A DNA stretch of 64,000 nt from Actinomycetales bacterium (GTDB lineage Bacteria; Actinomycetota; Actinomycetes; Nanopelagicales; Nanopelagicaceae). The position numbers and the translations under genes were made by a program. Of the stretch, positions 31,782 to 39,265 are shown piece after piece (position 1 is the stretch's first letter; every line of letters begins with the position of its first letter). The DNA lies in assembly GCA_018970885.1 (NCBI GenBank), contig JAGWVL010000001.1:2035-66034 (forward strand), in the 5' to 3' direction. Below the pieces are notes generated by a model. The model saw only the letters and a list, made by a program, of their open reading frames with translations. It did no database searches and was not told where the DNA came from.

Positions 31782-33221
31782 ATGCGTAGAGCGAAGATTG
31801 TTTGCACCATGGGTCCCGCCGTTGAATCTCCTGAAAAGGTGAAGGAGTTGATTGAAGCGGGCATGAATATGGCCCGCTTGAACCTTTCCCATGGTGGTTA
31901 CGATGAACATCAAAACCGCCTTAACCATGTTCGTGAGGCTGCAAAGGCTGCGGGAAAACCTGTAGCTGTTCTTGTCGATCTACAAGGTCCAAAGATTCGT
32001 TTAGCACGTTTTGTAAATGGTCCTCATGAGTTAGTGCGTGGCGATATCTTTACGATTACAACTGATGAGGTTGAAGGCTCTAGAGAGCGTGTTGGTACGA
32101 CCTATAAGGGCCTACCGGGGGACTGCAAGCCAGGAGATCGCATTCTGATCGATGATGGCAAGGTTACTGTCGAGGTCCTTGAAGTTAAGGGCAATGATGT
32201 TGTAACAATAGTGATTCAGCCAGGTGTAGTCAGTAACAACAAGGGAATCAATCTGCCTGGGGTTGCGGTATCAGTGCCAGCACTTTCTGAAAAAGATAAG
32301 GAAGATCTTCGTTGGGGACTACAAGCTGGTGCTGATTTCATCGCGCTCTCATTTGTTCGCACTGCTGCAGATATTAATGATGTGCATGCAATCATGGATG
32401 AGGTTGGTTTTCGTATTCCGGTAATAGCCAAGATCGAAAAGCCACAAGCTGTAGAAAACCTTGAAGAGATAGTTGCTGCATTCGATGGCATCATGGTCGC
32501 TCGAGGTGATCTTGGCGTAGAACTTCCTATTGAAGAGGTTCCGCTGGTCCAAAAGCGTTGTATTGAGTTAGCGCGCGAAGCTGCCAAACCTGTAATCGTT
32601 GCAACTCAGATGCTTGATTCAATGATTAATAATTCTTCGCCAACACGTGCAGAAGCTACAGACTGTGCCAATGCGGTACTTGATGGTACCGATGCGTTGA
32701 TGCTGTCAGGTGAAACATCTGTTGGTGCCTTTGCGATAGAAGCTGTTAAGACAATGGCTCGCATTATCGCTCGCACCGAAGAAGGTGGCTTTGAGATGAT
32801 CCGCGCATTGCGAACAACCCCAAAAACAAAGGGTGGAGCGATTACTCGGGCAGCAGCTGAAGTAGGCGCAATTGTTGGTGCAAAGTACTTAGTTACCTTT
32901 ACTCAATCAGGTGATTCAGCTCGCCGTATGGCACGTTTGCGCTCACCTATTCCCATCGTTGCATTTACACCTGAAGTCGGTACGTATAATCGTTTGGCAC
33001 TTTCTTGGGGAGTTGAACCTGAAGTTACACCAATGGTTAAGCACACCGATGAGATGGTGAAACAGGCCGATACCTTATTAATTCAATCAGGACGTGCACA
33101 TGAAGGTGAAAATGTAGTGATTGTTGCAGGTTCACCTCCAGGAATTCCAGGCTCAACCAACGCTATGCGCGTTCACCGCGTTGGAGATGCTGTTGGCGGA
33201 GTTGTTCCCGCCTACCGCTAA
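31782..33221 (+). CDS. pyk: Pyruvate kinase
   Basis: KIVCTMGP, DLQGPKIR, MVARGDLG, ATQMLDSM, MLSGETS. Confidence 0.99.
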   Translation: MRRAKIVCTMGPAVESPEKVKELIEAGMNMARLNLSHGGYDEHQNRLNHVREAAKAAGKPVAVLVDLQGPKIRLARFVNGPHELVRGDIFTITTDEVEGSRERVGTTYKGLPGDCKPGDRILIDDGKVTVEVLEVKGNDVVTIVIQPGVVSNNKGINLPGVAVSVPALSEKDKEDLRWGLQAGADFIALSFVRTAADINDVHAIMDEVGFRIPVIAKIEKPQAVENLEEIVAAFDGIMVARGDLGVELPIEEVPLVQKRCIELAREAAKPVIVATQMLDSMINNSSPTRAEATDCANAVLDGTDALMLSGETSVGAFAIEAVKTMARIIARTEEGGFEMIRALRTTPKTKGGAITRAAAEVGAIVGAKYLVTFTQSGDSARRMARLRSPIPIVAFTPEVGTYNRLALSWGVEPEVTPMVKHTDEMVKQADTLLIQSGRAHEGENVVIVAGSPPGIPGSTNAMRVHRVGDAVGGVVPAYR

Positions 33222-33237
33222 GATTGCCCTATAGAAA

Positions 33238-33310
33238 GCCTCGGTACTCCAACGGTAGAGAGGGCAGTCTCAAACACTGCATAGTGTCGGTTCGAATCCG
33301 ACTCGGGGCA
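33238..33310 (+). tRNA. tRNA-Leu(CAA), short variable loop, CCA not encoded
   Basis: Acceptor GCCTCGG/TCGGGGC, anticodon arm GCAGT-CTCAAAC-ACTGC (CAA 33271-33273), T-arm GTCGG-TTCGAAT-CCGAC, discriminator A; -10 TAAGAT at 33219-33224. Confidence 0.93.
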
Positions 33311-33365
33311 CTCATCTAAATATTTTTTTTTTGGGGGATGAAATTCTGGGAGGGATGGTTCGAAG

Positions 33366-33379
33366 GTGTCGGTTCGAAT
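33366..33379 (+). repeat. 14-bp exact direct repeat of tRNA-Leu bases 33284-33297
   Basis: GTGTCGGTTCGAAT occurs at both positions. Confidence 0.9.
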
Positions 33380-33941
33380 ACTAGTCGCAGAAGATGAAAC
33401 TTTAATCCGCATGGATCTTGTAGAGATGTTACACGGTGCTGGTTATGAAGTTGTTGGACAAGCGACCAATGGTCAAGAAGCAATTGAGCTAGCAACCTTG
33501 CATAAGCCAGATCTAGCAATTCTTGATGTGAAGATGCCGATCTTGGATGGAATTTCAGCTGCAGAAAAAATAATAGAGATCGCACCAGTACTGATGTTGA
33601 CCGCATACTCTCAAAAAGAGTTAGTTGATCGCGCACGTGATGCTGGTGTTATGGCGTATGTTGTTAAGCCATTTACAATCGGTGATTTGATACCGGCCAT
33701 TGAGATTGCCATTAGTCGCCACACCCAAATGAAATCACTGGCCGATGAGGTTGCAGATCTTCATGACCGCTTGGAAACACGAAAGCTCATCGATAGGGCC
33801 AAGGGGATTTTGATGAAAGCGCTTAATCTTTCAGAGCCTGAAGCTTTTTCGTGGATCCAGCGGGCTGCCATGGATCGCCGATTAACGATGAAAGAGGTCG
33901 CGGTGGCGGTAATCAACCCCGACGCTGTTCCCGACAAATAG
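33366..33941 (+). CDS. pdtaR: ANTAR-domain response regulator (PdtaR-like)
   Basis: Receiver domain (AEDE, LDVKMP, LTAYS, VKPF) plus ANTAR (LETRKLIDRAKGILM...AMDRR). Confidence 0.93.
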   Translation: MSVRILVAEDETLIRMDLVEMLHGAGYEVVGQATNGQEAIELATLHKPDLAILDVKMPILDGISAAEKIIEIAPVLMLTAYSQKELVDRARDAGVMAYVVKPFTIGDLIPAIEIAISRHTQMKSLADEVADLHDRLETRKLIDRAKGILMKALNLSEPEAFSWIQRAAMDRRLTMKEVAVAVINPDAVPDK

Positions 33942-33982
33942 TTCTCAGGTACATCTCATTTTTTGATACTGAAATCTCAATT

Positions 33983-34014
33983 ATAACGAAACTGAAACAT
34001 TTCAAGCGTAGCCT
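33983..34014 (+). promoter_or_regulatory. Putative GlnR box plus -10 of the liv operon
   Basis: ATAAC-N6-GAAAC (33983-33998), 10 nt, then TAGCCT (34009-34014). Confidence 0.6.
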
Positions 34015-34096
34015 CGCCTTGTCTAACTCTCACCCCAGCCATTACCCTTTCAGCCTCCCTGTCCCGGGACACAAGAACAGGAAAGGCACTACATAT

Positions 34097-35227
34097 ATGA
34101 AGAAGAATCGCGTTCTCGCGGTTGTGGCTGCCGTAGCTATCGCAACAACATCATTTGTTGCATTCGCTCCGTCAGCATCAGCTGCTTGCTCAAGCAAGCT
34201 AAAGATTGCATACCAGGGTCCACTAACAGGTCCTGAAGCTGCACTAGGTATCAACGAGCTTAACGGTGTGAAGTTTGCACTCAAGCGTTTCCTAGCAGCA
34301 AACAAGTCAGCAAATGTTGACCCAGTTGTTTACGAAGTAGATGACCAGGGAGATCCAGCAGTTGCAGGTCCAATCGCTCCTAAGGTTGCAGCAGAAGAGT
34401 GCGTAGTTGCACTAGTCGGTCCTGCTTACTCAGGTGCATCAAAGGTTTCACTACCTGTGTACCTATCAGCTGGTCTTCCAATCATCACACCATCAGCAAC
34501 AAACCCAACACTTCCATCATTCGGAAAGTCAATCTTCCACCGCGCAGTGTTGACAGATGATTACCAGGGTCCAGCACTTGCTCGCCTTGTAACTCAGAAT
34601 GTTAAGAACGCTAAGGTGTTCTTGGTTAACGATGCGTCTGACTACGCAGTTGGTCTACAGAAGACCGTAGATATCACTCTTGCTGGTCGCGTTGTTGGTA
34701 AGGATGTAACACCAACAGGTACAACAGACTTCACAGCTACAATTGCAAAGATCAAGAAGTCAAAGGCAACAGCAGTGATCTACTCAGGTTACTTCTCACA
34801 AGCAGCAGTATTCGTAAAGCAGCTTCGTGACTCAGGTTCAAAGATTGTCTTCGCTTCAGGCGACGGTACTCTTGACAACCAGTTCATCAAGTTGGCTCGT
34901 AAGGCAGCAGAAGGTGTTCTACTTTCAGCTCCAGCGATCCCAATGGAGACAGCTTCACCAAAGCTTGCAGCAGAGATGGTAAAGGCTGGTTGGACACCTG
35001 GTGTTTACACAACAGAGTCATTCGACGCAGCTAACTTCTTCCTTGAGGCAATCAAGGCTGGAAACACAGACCGTGCTTCAATCAACAAGTACGTCTCAAC
35101 TCAGTCATCAAAGGGTCTTTCAAAGGTCTTGAAGTTTGATGCTGACGGAGAAGTTTCTGGTGCAGATGTAAACGGCTTCGTAATCAAGAACGGAAAGATC
35201 GTTCTTCTAGGAGCTATCAAGGCGTAA
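34097..35227 (+). CDS. livK: Branched-chain amino acid ABC transporter substrate-binding protein (LivK/LivJ family)
   Basis: Signal peptide from ATG 34097 (SD GAAAGG), GPLTG, DDQGDP, ITPSAT, DDYQG. Confidence 0.93.
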   Translation: MKKNRVLAVVAAVAIATTSFVAFAPSASAACSSKLKIAYQGPLTGPEAALGINELNGVKFALKRFLAANKSANVDPVVYEVDDQGDPAVAGPIAPKVAAEECVVALVGPAYSGASKVSLPVYLSAGLPIITPSATNPTLPSFGKSIFHRAVLTDDYQGPALARLVTQNVKNAKVFLVNDASDYAVGLQKTVDITLAGRVVGKDVTPTGTTDFTATIAKIKKSKATAVIYSGYFSQAAVFVKQLRDSGSKIVFASGDGTLDNQFIKLARKAAEGVLLSAPAIPMETASPKLAAEMVKAGWTPGVYTTESFDAANFFLEAIKAGNTDRASINKYVSTQSSKGLSKVLKFDADGEVSGADVNGFVIKNGKIVLLGAIKA

Positions 35228-35261
35228 TTACCAAGTTTTTGGTAACGCGTTAAATAAGTAC

Positions 35262-35297
35262 GGTCAGAGTGGGTGGGATTTCCCGCCCACTCTGACC
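35262..35297 (+). terminator. Strong 16-bp intercistronic hairpin between livK and livH (terminator or mRNA stabiliser)
   Basis: GGTCAGAGTGGGTGGG-ATTT-CCCGCCCACTCTGACC with no good U-tract. Confidence 0.65.
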
Positions 35298-35318
35298 CTT
35301 ATAAAGTAAAGGTGAGAA

Positions 35319-36272
35319 ATGGATTTTGCGTTACTGCATGATGCTTTCTGGGGATTAACCTTCGATGGCATTGCACTCGGAGCAATTTATGCACTTATCT
35401 CACTTGGATACACATTGGTGTATGGCGTACTGCGCCTGATTAACTTTGCTCACTCTGAAGTGTTCATGATCGGCACATTTGCGGCACTTGTTGCTGCATC
35501 AGGAATTATGGGTGTGAAGGTAGAGGATGATCCTCGTACCGGCGGTTCAATGATCTTGACCCTTGTTGTTTGTTTAGTTGTTGCGATGTTGGCATCTGCC
35601 ATAACCGCAGTTCTTGTAGAGATCGTTGCCTACCGTCGACTGCGTCAAAGAGGTGCAACTAAGCTCGCGACCTTGATCTCAGCAATTGGTGTCTCAATCT
35701 CTCTTGTTGAGTTATTTAGAATTATCACAGATTCACTTCCACGTGAGTTTCCTCGCATTATGGAAAAGACATTTTTGTTTAGCTACGCAGGTGCAGATAT
35801 TCGCAATGACAAGGTCATTGTTATCATTGCTGCAGGATTGATGATGTTTGCCCTTGAGCGCTTCATCACTAAGACCCGTTTAGGTAAGGGAATCCGTGCG
35901 GTTTCCATGGATGAGAACACCTCAACTCTTATGGGTGTAAATATCAACCGAGTTATCACAGTTACATTTTTTGCAGGCGGCCTTATGGCAGGTGCTGCAG
36001 CCTTCTTTTACATCCTTGTTTACGAGAACACCTCATTTAAGGTGGGCTTCTTCCTCGGAATTAGCGCATTCACCGCTGCAGTTCTTGGTGGTATCGGAAA
36101 TCTCAAGGGCGCACTCTTTGGTGGCTTTGCCCTAGGTTTGATGGAGACCTGGACTTCAGCTGTCTTTGGTACCGCATGGAAAGCGGTTATCTCATTCATC
36201 ATCTTGGTACTTGTACTCCTCATTAAGCCGACCGGCTTATTTGGAGAGTCAATCCAGCAGGCGAGGGTCTAA
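35319..36272 (+). CDS. livH: BCAA ABC transporter permease
   Basis: YALISLGYTLVYGVLRLINFAH, AAVLGGIG. Confidence 0.95.
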   Translation: MDFALLHDAFWGLTFDGIALGAIYALISLGYTLVYGVLRLINFAHSEVFMIGTFAALVAASGIMGVKVEDDPRTGGSMILTLVVCLVVAMLASAITAVLVEIVAYRRLRQRGATKLATLISAIGVSISLVELFRIITDSLPREFPRIMEKTFLFSYAGADIRNDKVIVIIAAGLMMFALERFITKTRLGKGIRAVSMDENTSTLMGVNINRVITVTFFAGGLMAGAAAFFYILVYENTSFKVGFFLGISAFTAAVLGGIGNLKGALFGGFALGLMETWTSAVFGTAWKAVISFIILVLVLLIKPTGLFGESIQQARV

Positions 36273-37336
36273 TGGCCAATCTTAAGGCTTCACTTAATTT
36301 GCGCGACAAAGGCGCTGAGTTTTGGGAGCGTTCACCAAAGTGGCGCCGAGTTGCAATGGCTATGTCATTCATCGCATTCTGTTACGCCTTGCCATTCCTC
36401 AACAACCCTTTGATTAATACCCCTGGTTCAGATTTCCAATCAGTTCTCTTTTATCCAGTAGGTATGTATGTGCTCATGGCGATTGGTTTGAATATCGTTG
36501 TTGGTAAATCTGGCCTACTTGATCTTGGGTATGTCGCCTTCTTTGCAATCGGTGCTTACACAATGGCGATCCTTGGAACAAAGACCGCGTTGAACTTCTG
36601 GGAGATTTTGCCGATTGGTGTCGGACTAGCAATGCTTTCGGGCGTTTTGCTTGGTACACCAACTCTTCGTCTTCGTGGTGACTACTTAGCGATTGTGACT
36701 TTGGGTTTTGGTGAGATTGTACGTATTTTTGCGGTTAACACTGATTCGATTGGTGGATCTCGCGGAATTGCTGGTATTCCAACACCTCCAGATTTTTTTA
36801 ATGCCAAGTTCACAATTCTTGATCCAAAGCCTTATTACTGGCTATTACTCACCTTCACCTTGTTAATTATTTGGATGGTTCGTCGTATGGCTGCGCGTCG
36901 CCCAGGTCGTGCTTGGGATGCAATTCGTCAAGATGACGATGTCGCACAGTTGATGGGAATCAACACACGTAAGTACAAAGTATGGGCATTTGTTTTAGGA
37001 GCGGCAGTCGCAGGTGTCGGAGGCGTAGTTTACGCATCACAGATTCTCTCTATCGTTCCTGATCAGTTCAACTTAAACATCTCAATCTTGATCCTTGCTT
37101 GCGTTGTATTTGGTGGAATTGGAAATGTATGGGGAGTAATTCTTGGCGCGGTGCTTCTAGCTTTCACACCTGAACGCATCCGCTTCTTAAGCCAACCTCG
37201 TATCTTGGTCTTTGGTATCGCACTTGTAGTAATGATGAACCTTCGACCTGATGGAATTTTGCCAAAGAAGAAGCGTGAGCACTTCGACCCAAACTGGGAC
37301 ACCGTTGAGGAATCTGGCGAAGGGGAGATCAAATAA
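36272..37336 (+). CDS. livM: BCAA ABC transporter permease
   Basis: GLLDLGYVAFF, LRLRGDYLAIVTLGFGEI. Confidence 0.95.
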   Translation: MANLKASLNLRDKGAEFWERSPKWRRVAMAMSFIAFCYALPFLNNPLINTPGSDFQSVLFYPVGMYVLMAIGLNIVVGKSGLLDLGYVAFFAIGAYTMAILGTKTALNFWEILPIGVGLAMLSGVLLGTPTLRLRGDYLAIVTLGFGEIVRIFAVNTDSIGGSRGIAGIPTPPDFFNAKFTILDPKPYYWLLLTFTLLIIWMVRRMAARRPGRAWDAIRQDDDVAQLMGINTRKYKVWAFVLGAAVAGVGGVVYASQILSIVPDQFNLNISILILACVVFGGIGNVWGVILGAVLLAFTPERIRFLSQPRILVFGIALVVMMNLRPDGILPKKKREHFDPNWDTVEESGEGEIK

Positions 37337-38112
37337 TGAGCGAAGTTGTTCTAGAGTTGAGGAAGGTCACCATGAAGTTTGGTGGTGTTACTGCGCTCAA
37401 TGAGGTCGACCTAGTCGTCAAAAAGGGTGAGATTCTTGCTCTTATCGGTCCAAATGGTGCGGGCAAGACAACTGTTTTCAATGTGATCACGGGTGTGTAC
37501 AAGCCAACTTCTGGTGAAGTTGTTTTCCAAGGACAATCTATCGTAGGAATTAAGCGATTTAAGATTACAAAGTTAGGAATCGCTCGTACATTCCAAAATA
37601 TTCGACTATTCGGTGAATCGACCGCACTTGAAAATGTTGTTACTGGTGCCGATGTTCACTCAAAGAGTGGTGTTGTTGGAGCGATCTTTGGAACTCGACG
37701 TTCACGACGTGAAGAAAAAGCAAACCTTGAGCGAGCTCTTGAACTCTTAGAGTTTATGGGAATCAAGAAACGTGCAGGTCAATTGGGAAAGAACCTTCCT
37801 TATGGAGATCAGCGCCGCCTCGAGATTGCACGCGCACTGGCTACCAATCCAAAGTTATTACTTCTTGATGAGCCAGCTGCAGGTTTTAACCCTGCTGAAA
37901 AGGTTGCACTAGCGGAGACAATCAAAAAGATCCGCGATGCGGGTTACACCATTTTGCTCATCGAGCACGATATGTCACTGATTATGGGCGTCTCTGATCG
38001 CGTAGCGGTTCTAGATTTTGGAACAAAGATTGCAGATGGTACGACGACTCAAGTTCAAAATGATCCACGAGTAATCGAAGCGTATTTAGGAGCTCCTGCA
38101 GATGCGTCTTGA
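37336..38112 (+). CDS. livG: BCAA ABC transporter ATPase
   Basis: GPNGAGKTT, ARTFQNIRLF, LPYG, LLDEPAAG. Confidence 0.96.
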   Translation: MSEVVLELRKVTMKFGGVTALNEVDLVVKKGEILALIGPNGAGKTTVFNVITGVYKPTSGEVVFQGQSIVGIKRFKITKLGIARTFQNIRLFGESTALENVVTGADVHSKSGVVGAIFGTRRSRREEKANLERALELLEFMGIKKRAGQLGKNLPYGDQRRLEIARALATNPKLLLLDEPAAGFNPAEKVALAETIKKIRDAGYTILLIEHDMSLIMGVSDRVAVLDFGTKIADGTTTQVQNDPRVIEAYLGAPADAS

Positions 38113-38821
38113 AATAAAGGACCTACGCGTCCACTACGGCAAGATAGAAGCGATTAAGGGTGTCTCCATTGTTGTAAATGAAGGCGAGATCGTCACACTG
38201 ATTGGTGCAAATGGCGCCGGTAAGACAACAATGCTCAAAACCATCTCTGGTCTTCGTCCGGTAACTAGCGGACAGATTCTTTTCAACGGTGAAGATATCT
38301 CTAAGATGCCGGCATTCAAGCGTGCCGATCTTGGTTTGTCACAAGCACCTGAAGGTCGCGGAATCTTTGTTGGTATGACGGTTTTGGAAAACCTGGAAAT
38401 GGGTAAGTACAACCGTAAGGATCGTAAAAAGGAGATGGCTGAGGATCTAGAGAAGGTGTATCACCTATTTCCTCGCCTTAAGGAGCGCGCTTTTCAAGCT
38501 GGTGGAACTCTGTCAGGTGGAGAGCAGCAAATGCTAGCTATCGGCCGTGCATTGATGTCACGGCCAAAGGTTCTTCTTCTTGATGAGCCCTCAATGGGTC
38601 TTGCACCATTGATGATTCAAAATATCTTTAACATTATTACTGAGATCAACAAGACCGGCGTAACAATTCTTCTAGTTGAACAAAATGCACAGCAAGCGCT
38701 ACAACGCGCACATCGTGCATATGTTCTTGAGGTAGGACATGTTGTGAAGGAAGCGAAGGCTTCAGATCTTCTCAATGATCCAGCTGTTCGTGCTGCATAC
38801 CTGGGAACAGGTGCGCACTAA
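38102..38821 (+). CDS. livF: BCAA ABC transporter ATPase
   Basis: GANGAGKTT, PEGRGIF, LSGGEQQM, LLDEPSMGL. Confidence 0.96.
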   Translation: MRLEIKDLRVHYGKIEAIKGVSIVVNEGEIVTLIGANGAGKTTMLKTISGLRPVTSGQILFNGEDISKMPAFKRADLGLSQAPEGRGIFVGMTVLENLEMGKYNRKDRKKEMAEDLEKVYHLFPRLKERAFQAGGTLSGGEQQMLAIGRALMSRPKVLLLDEPSMGLAPLMIQNIFNIITEINKTGVTILLVEQNAQQALQRAHRAYVLEVGHVVKEAKASDLLNDPAVRAAYLGTGAH

Positions 38822-39231
38822 TCGCGGTCACTTAAAATCATGCAGGTTATGCGGGCGGTGCAGGTGCGCTGCCCGCTTTCATTTGTAATGACAATGTCCC
38901 AGCAACACAAAGTTTTTCCGATCGATACCGCGGTAGCAACACCAGTTACAACACCTGTTGCCGTCGCCTTGTGGTGGGTGGCATTGATGTCAATTCCTAC
39001 AATCTTTCGACCTGCACCAGCATTGAGTTGAGTTCCTATCGAGCCAAGGCTTTCAGCTAAAACAACATTTGCACCGCCATGAAGGATTCCCATCGGCTGA
39101 GTATTTCCGGCTACGGGCATTGTTCCAACGAGCCGTGTCAGTGAAGCCTCTGTGATTTGGATACCCATCTTTTTATCGAGGGCTCCGCTTCCGCGCTCTT
39201 TAATAATTGAAAGATAATCTGGTTCAGTCAT
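38818..39231 (-). CDS. PaaI/hotdog-fold thioesterase
   Basis: NTQPMGILHGGA..LAES motif. Confidence 0.92.
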   Translation of the reverse strand: MTEPDYLSIIKERGSGALDKKMGIQITEASLTRLVGTMPVAGNTQPMGILHGGANVVLAESLGSIGTQLNAGAGRKIVGIDINATHHKATATGVVTGVATAVSIGKTLCCWDIVITNESGQRTCTARITCMILSDRD

Positions 39232-39265
39232 GCGTAGAGTCTAACTGGCACTCTACGATGCATCC
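39232..39265. promoter_or_regulatory. Divergent leaderless promoters for the thioesterase gene and polA
   Basis: TAGACT (minus, 39238-39243) and TACGAT (plus, 39254-39259), each 6 nt from its ATG. Confidence 0.65.

Noticed and set aside
33360-33377. TCGAAG...GTTCGA as a LexA box at pdtaR
   Set aside because: Spacer is 6 nt instead of 4; better explained as the tRNA-derived repeat.
33851-34096. 82-aa N-terminal extension of LivK
   Set aside because: It overlaps pdtaR and the promoter; the signal peptide starts at 34097.
33942-34096. Canonical ANTAR twin-hairpin target in the liv leader
   Set aside because: Could not find two stems with A1/G4 hexaloops.
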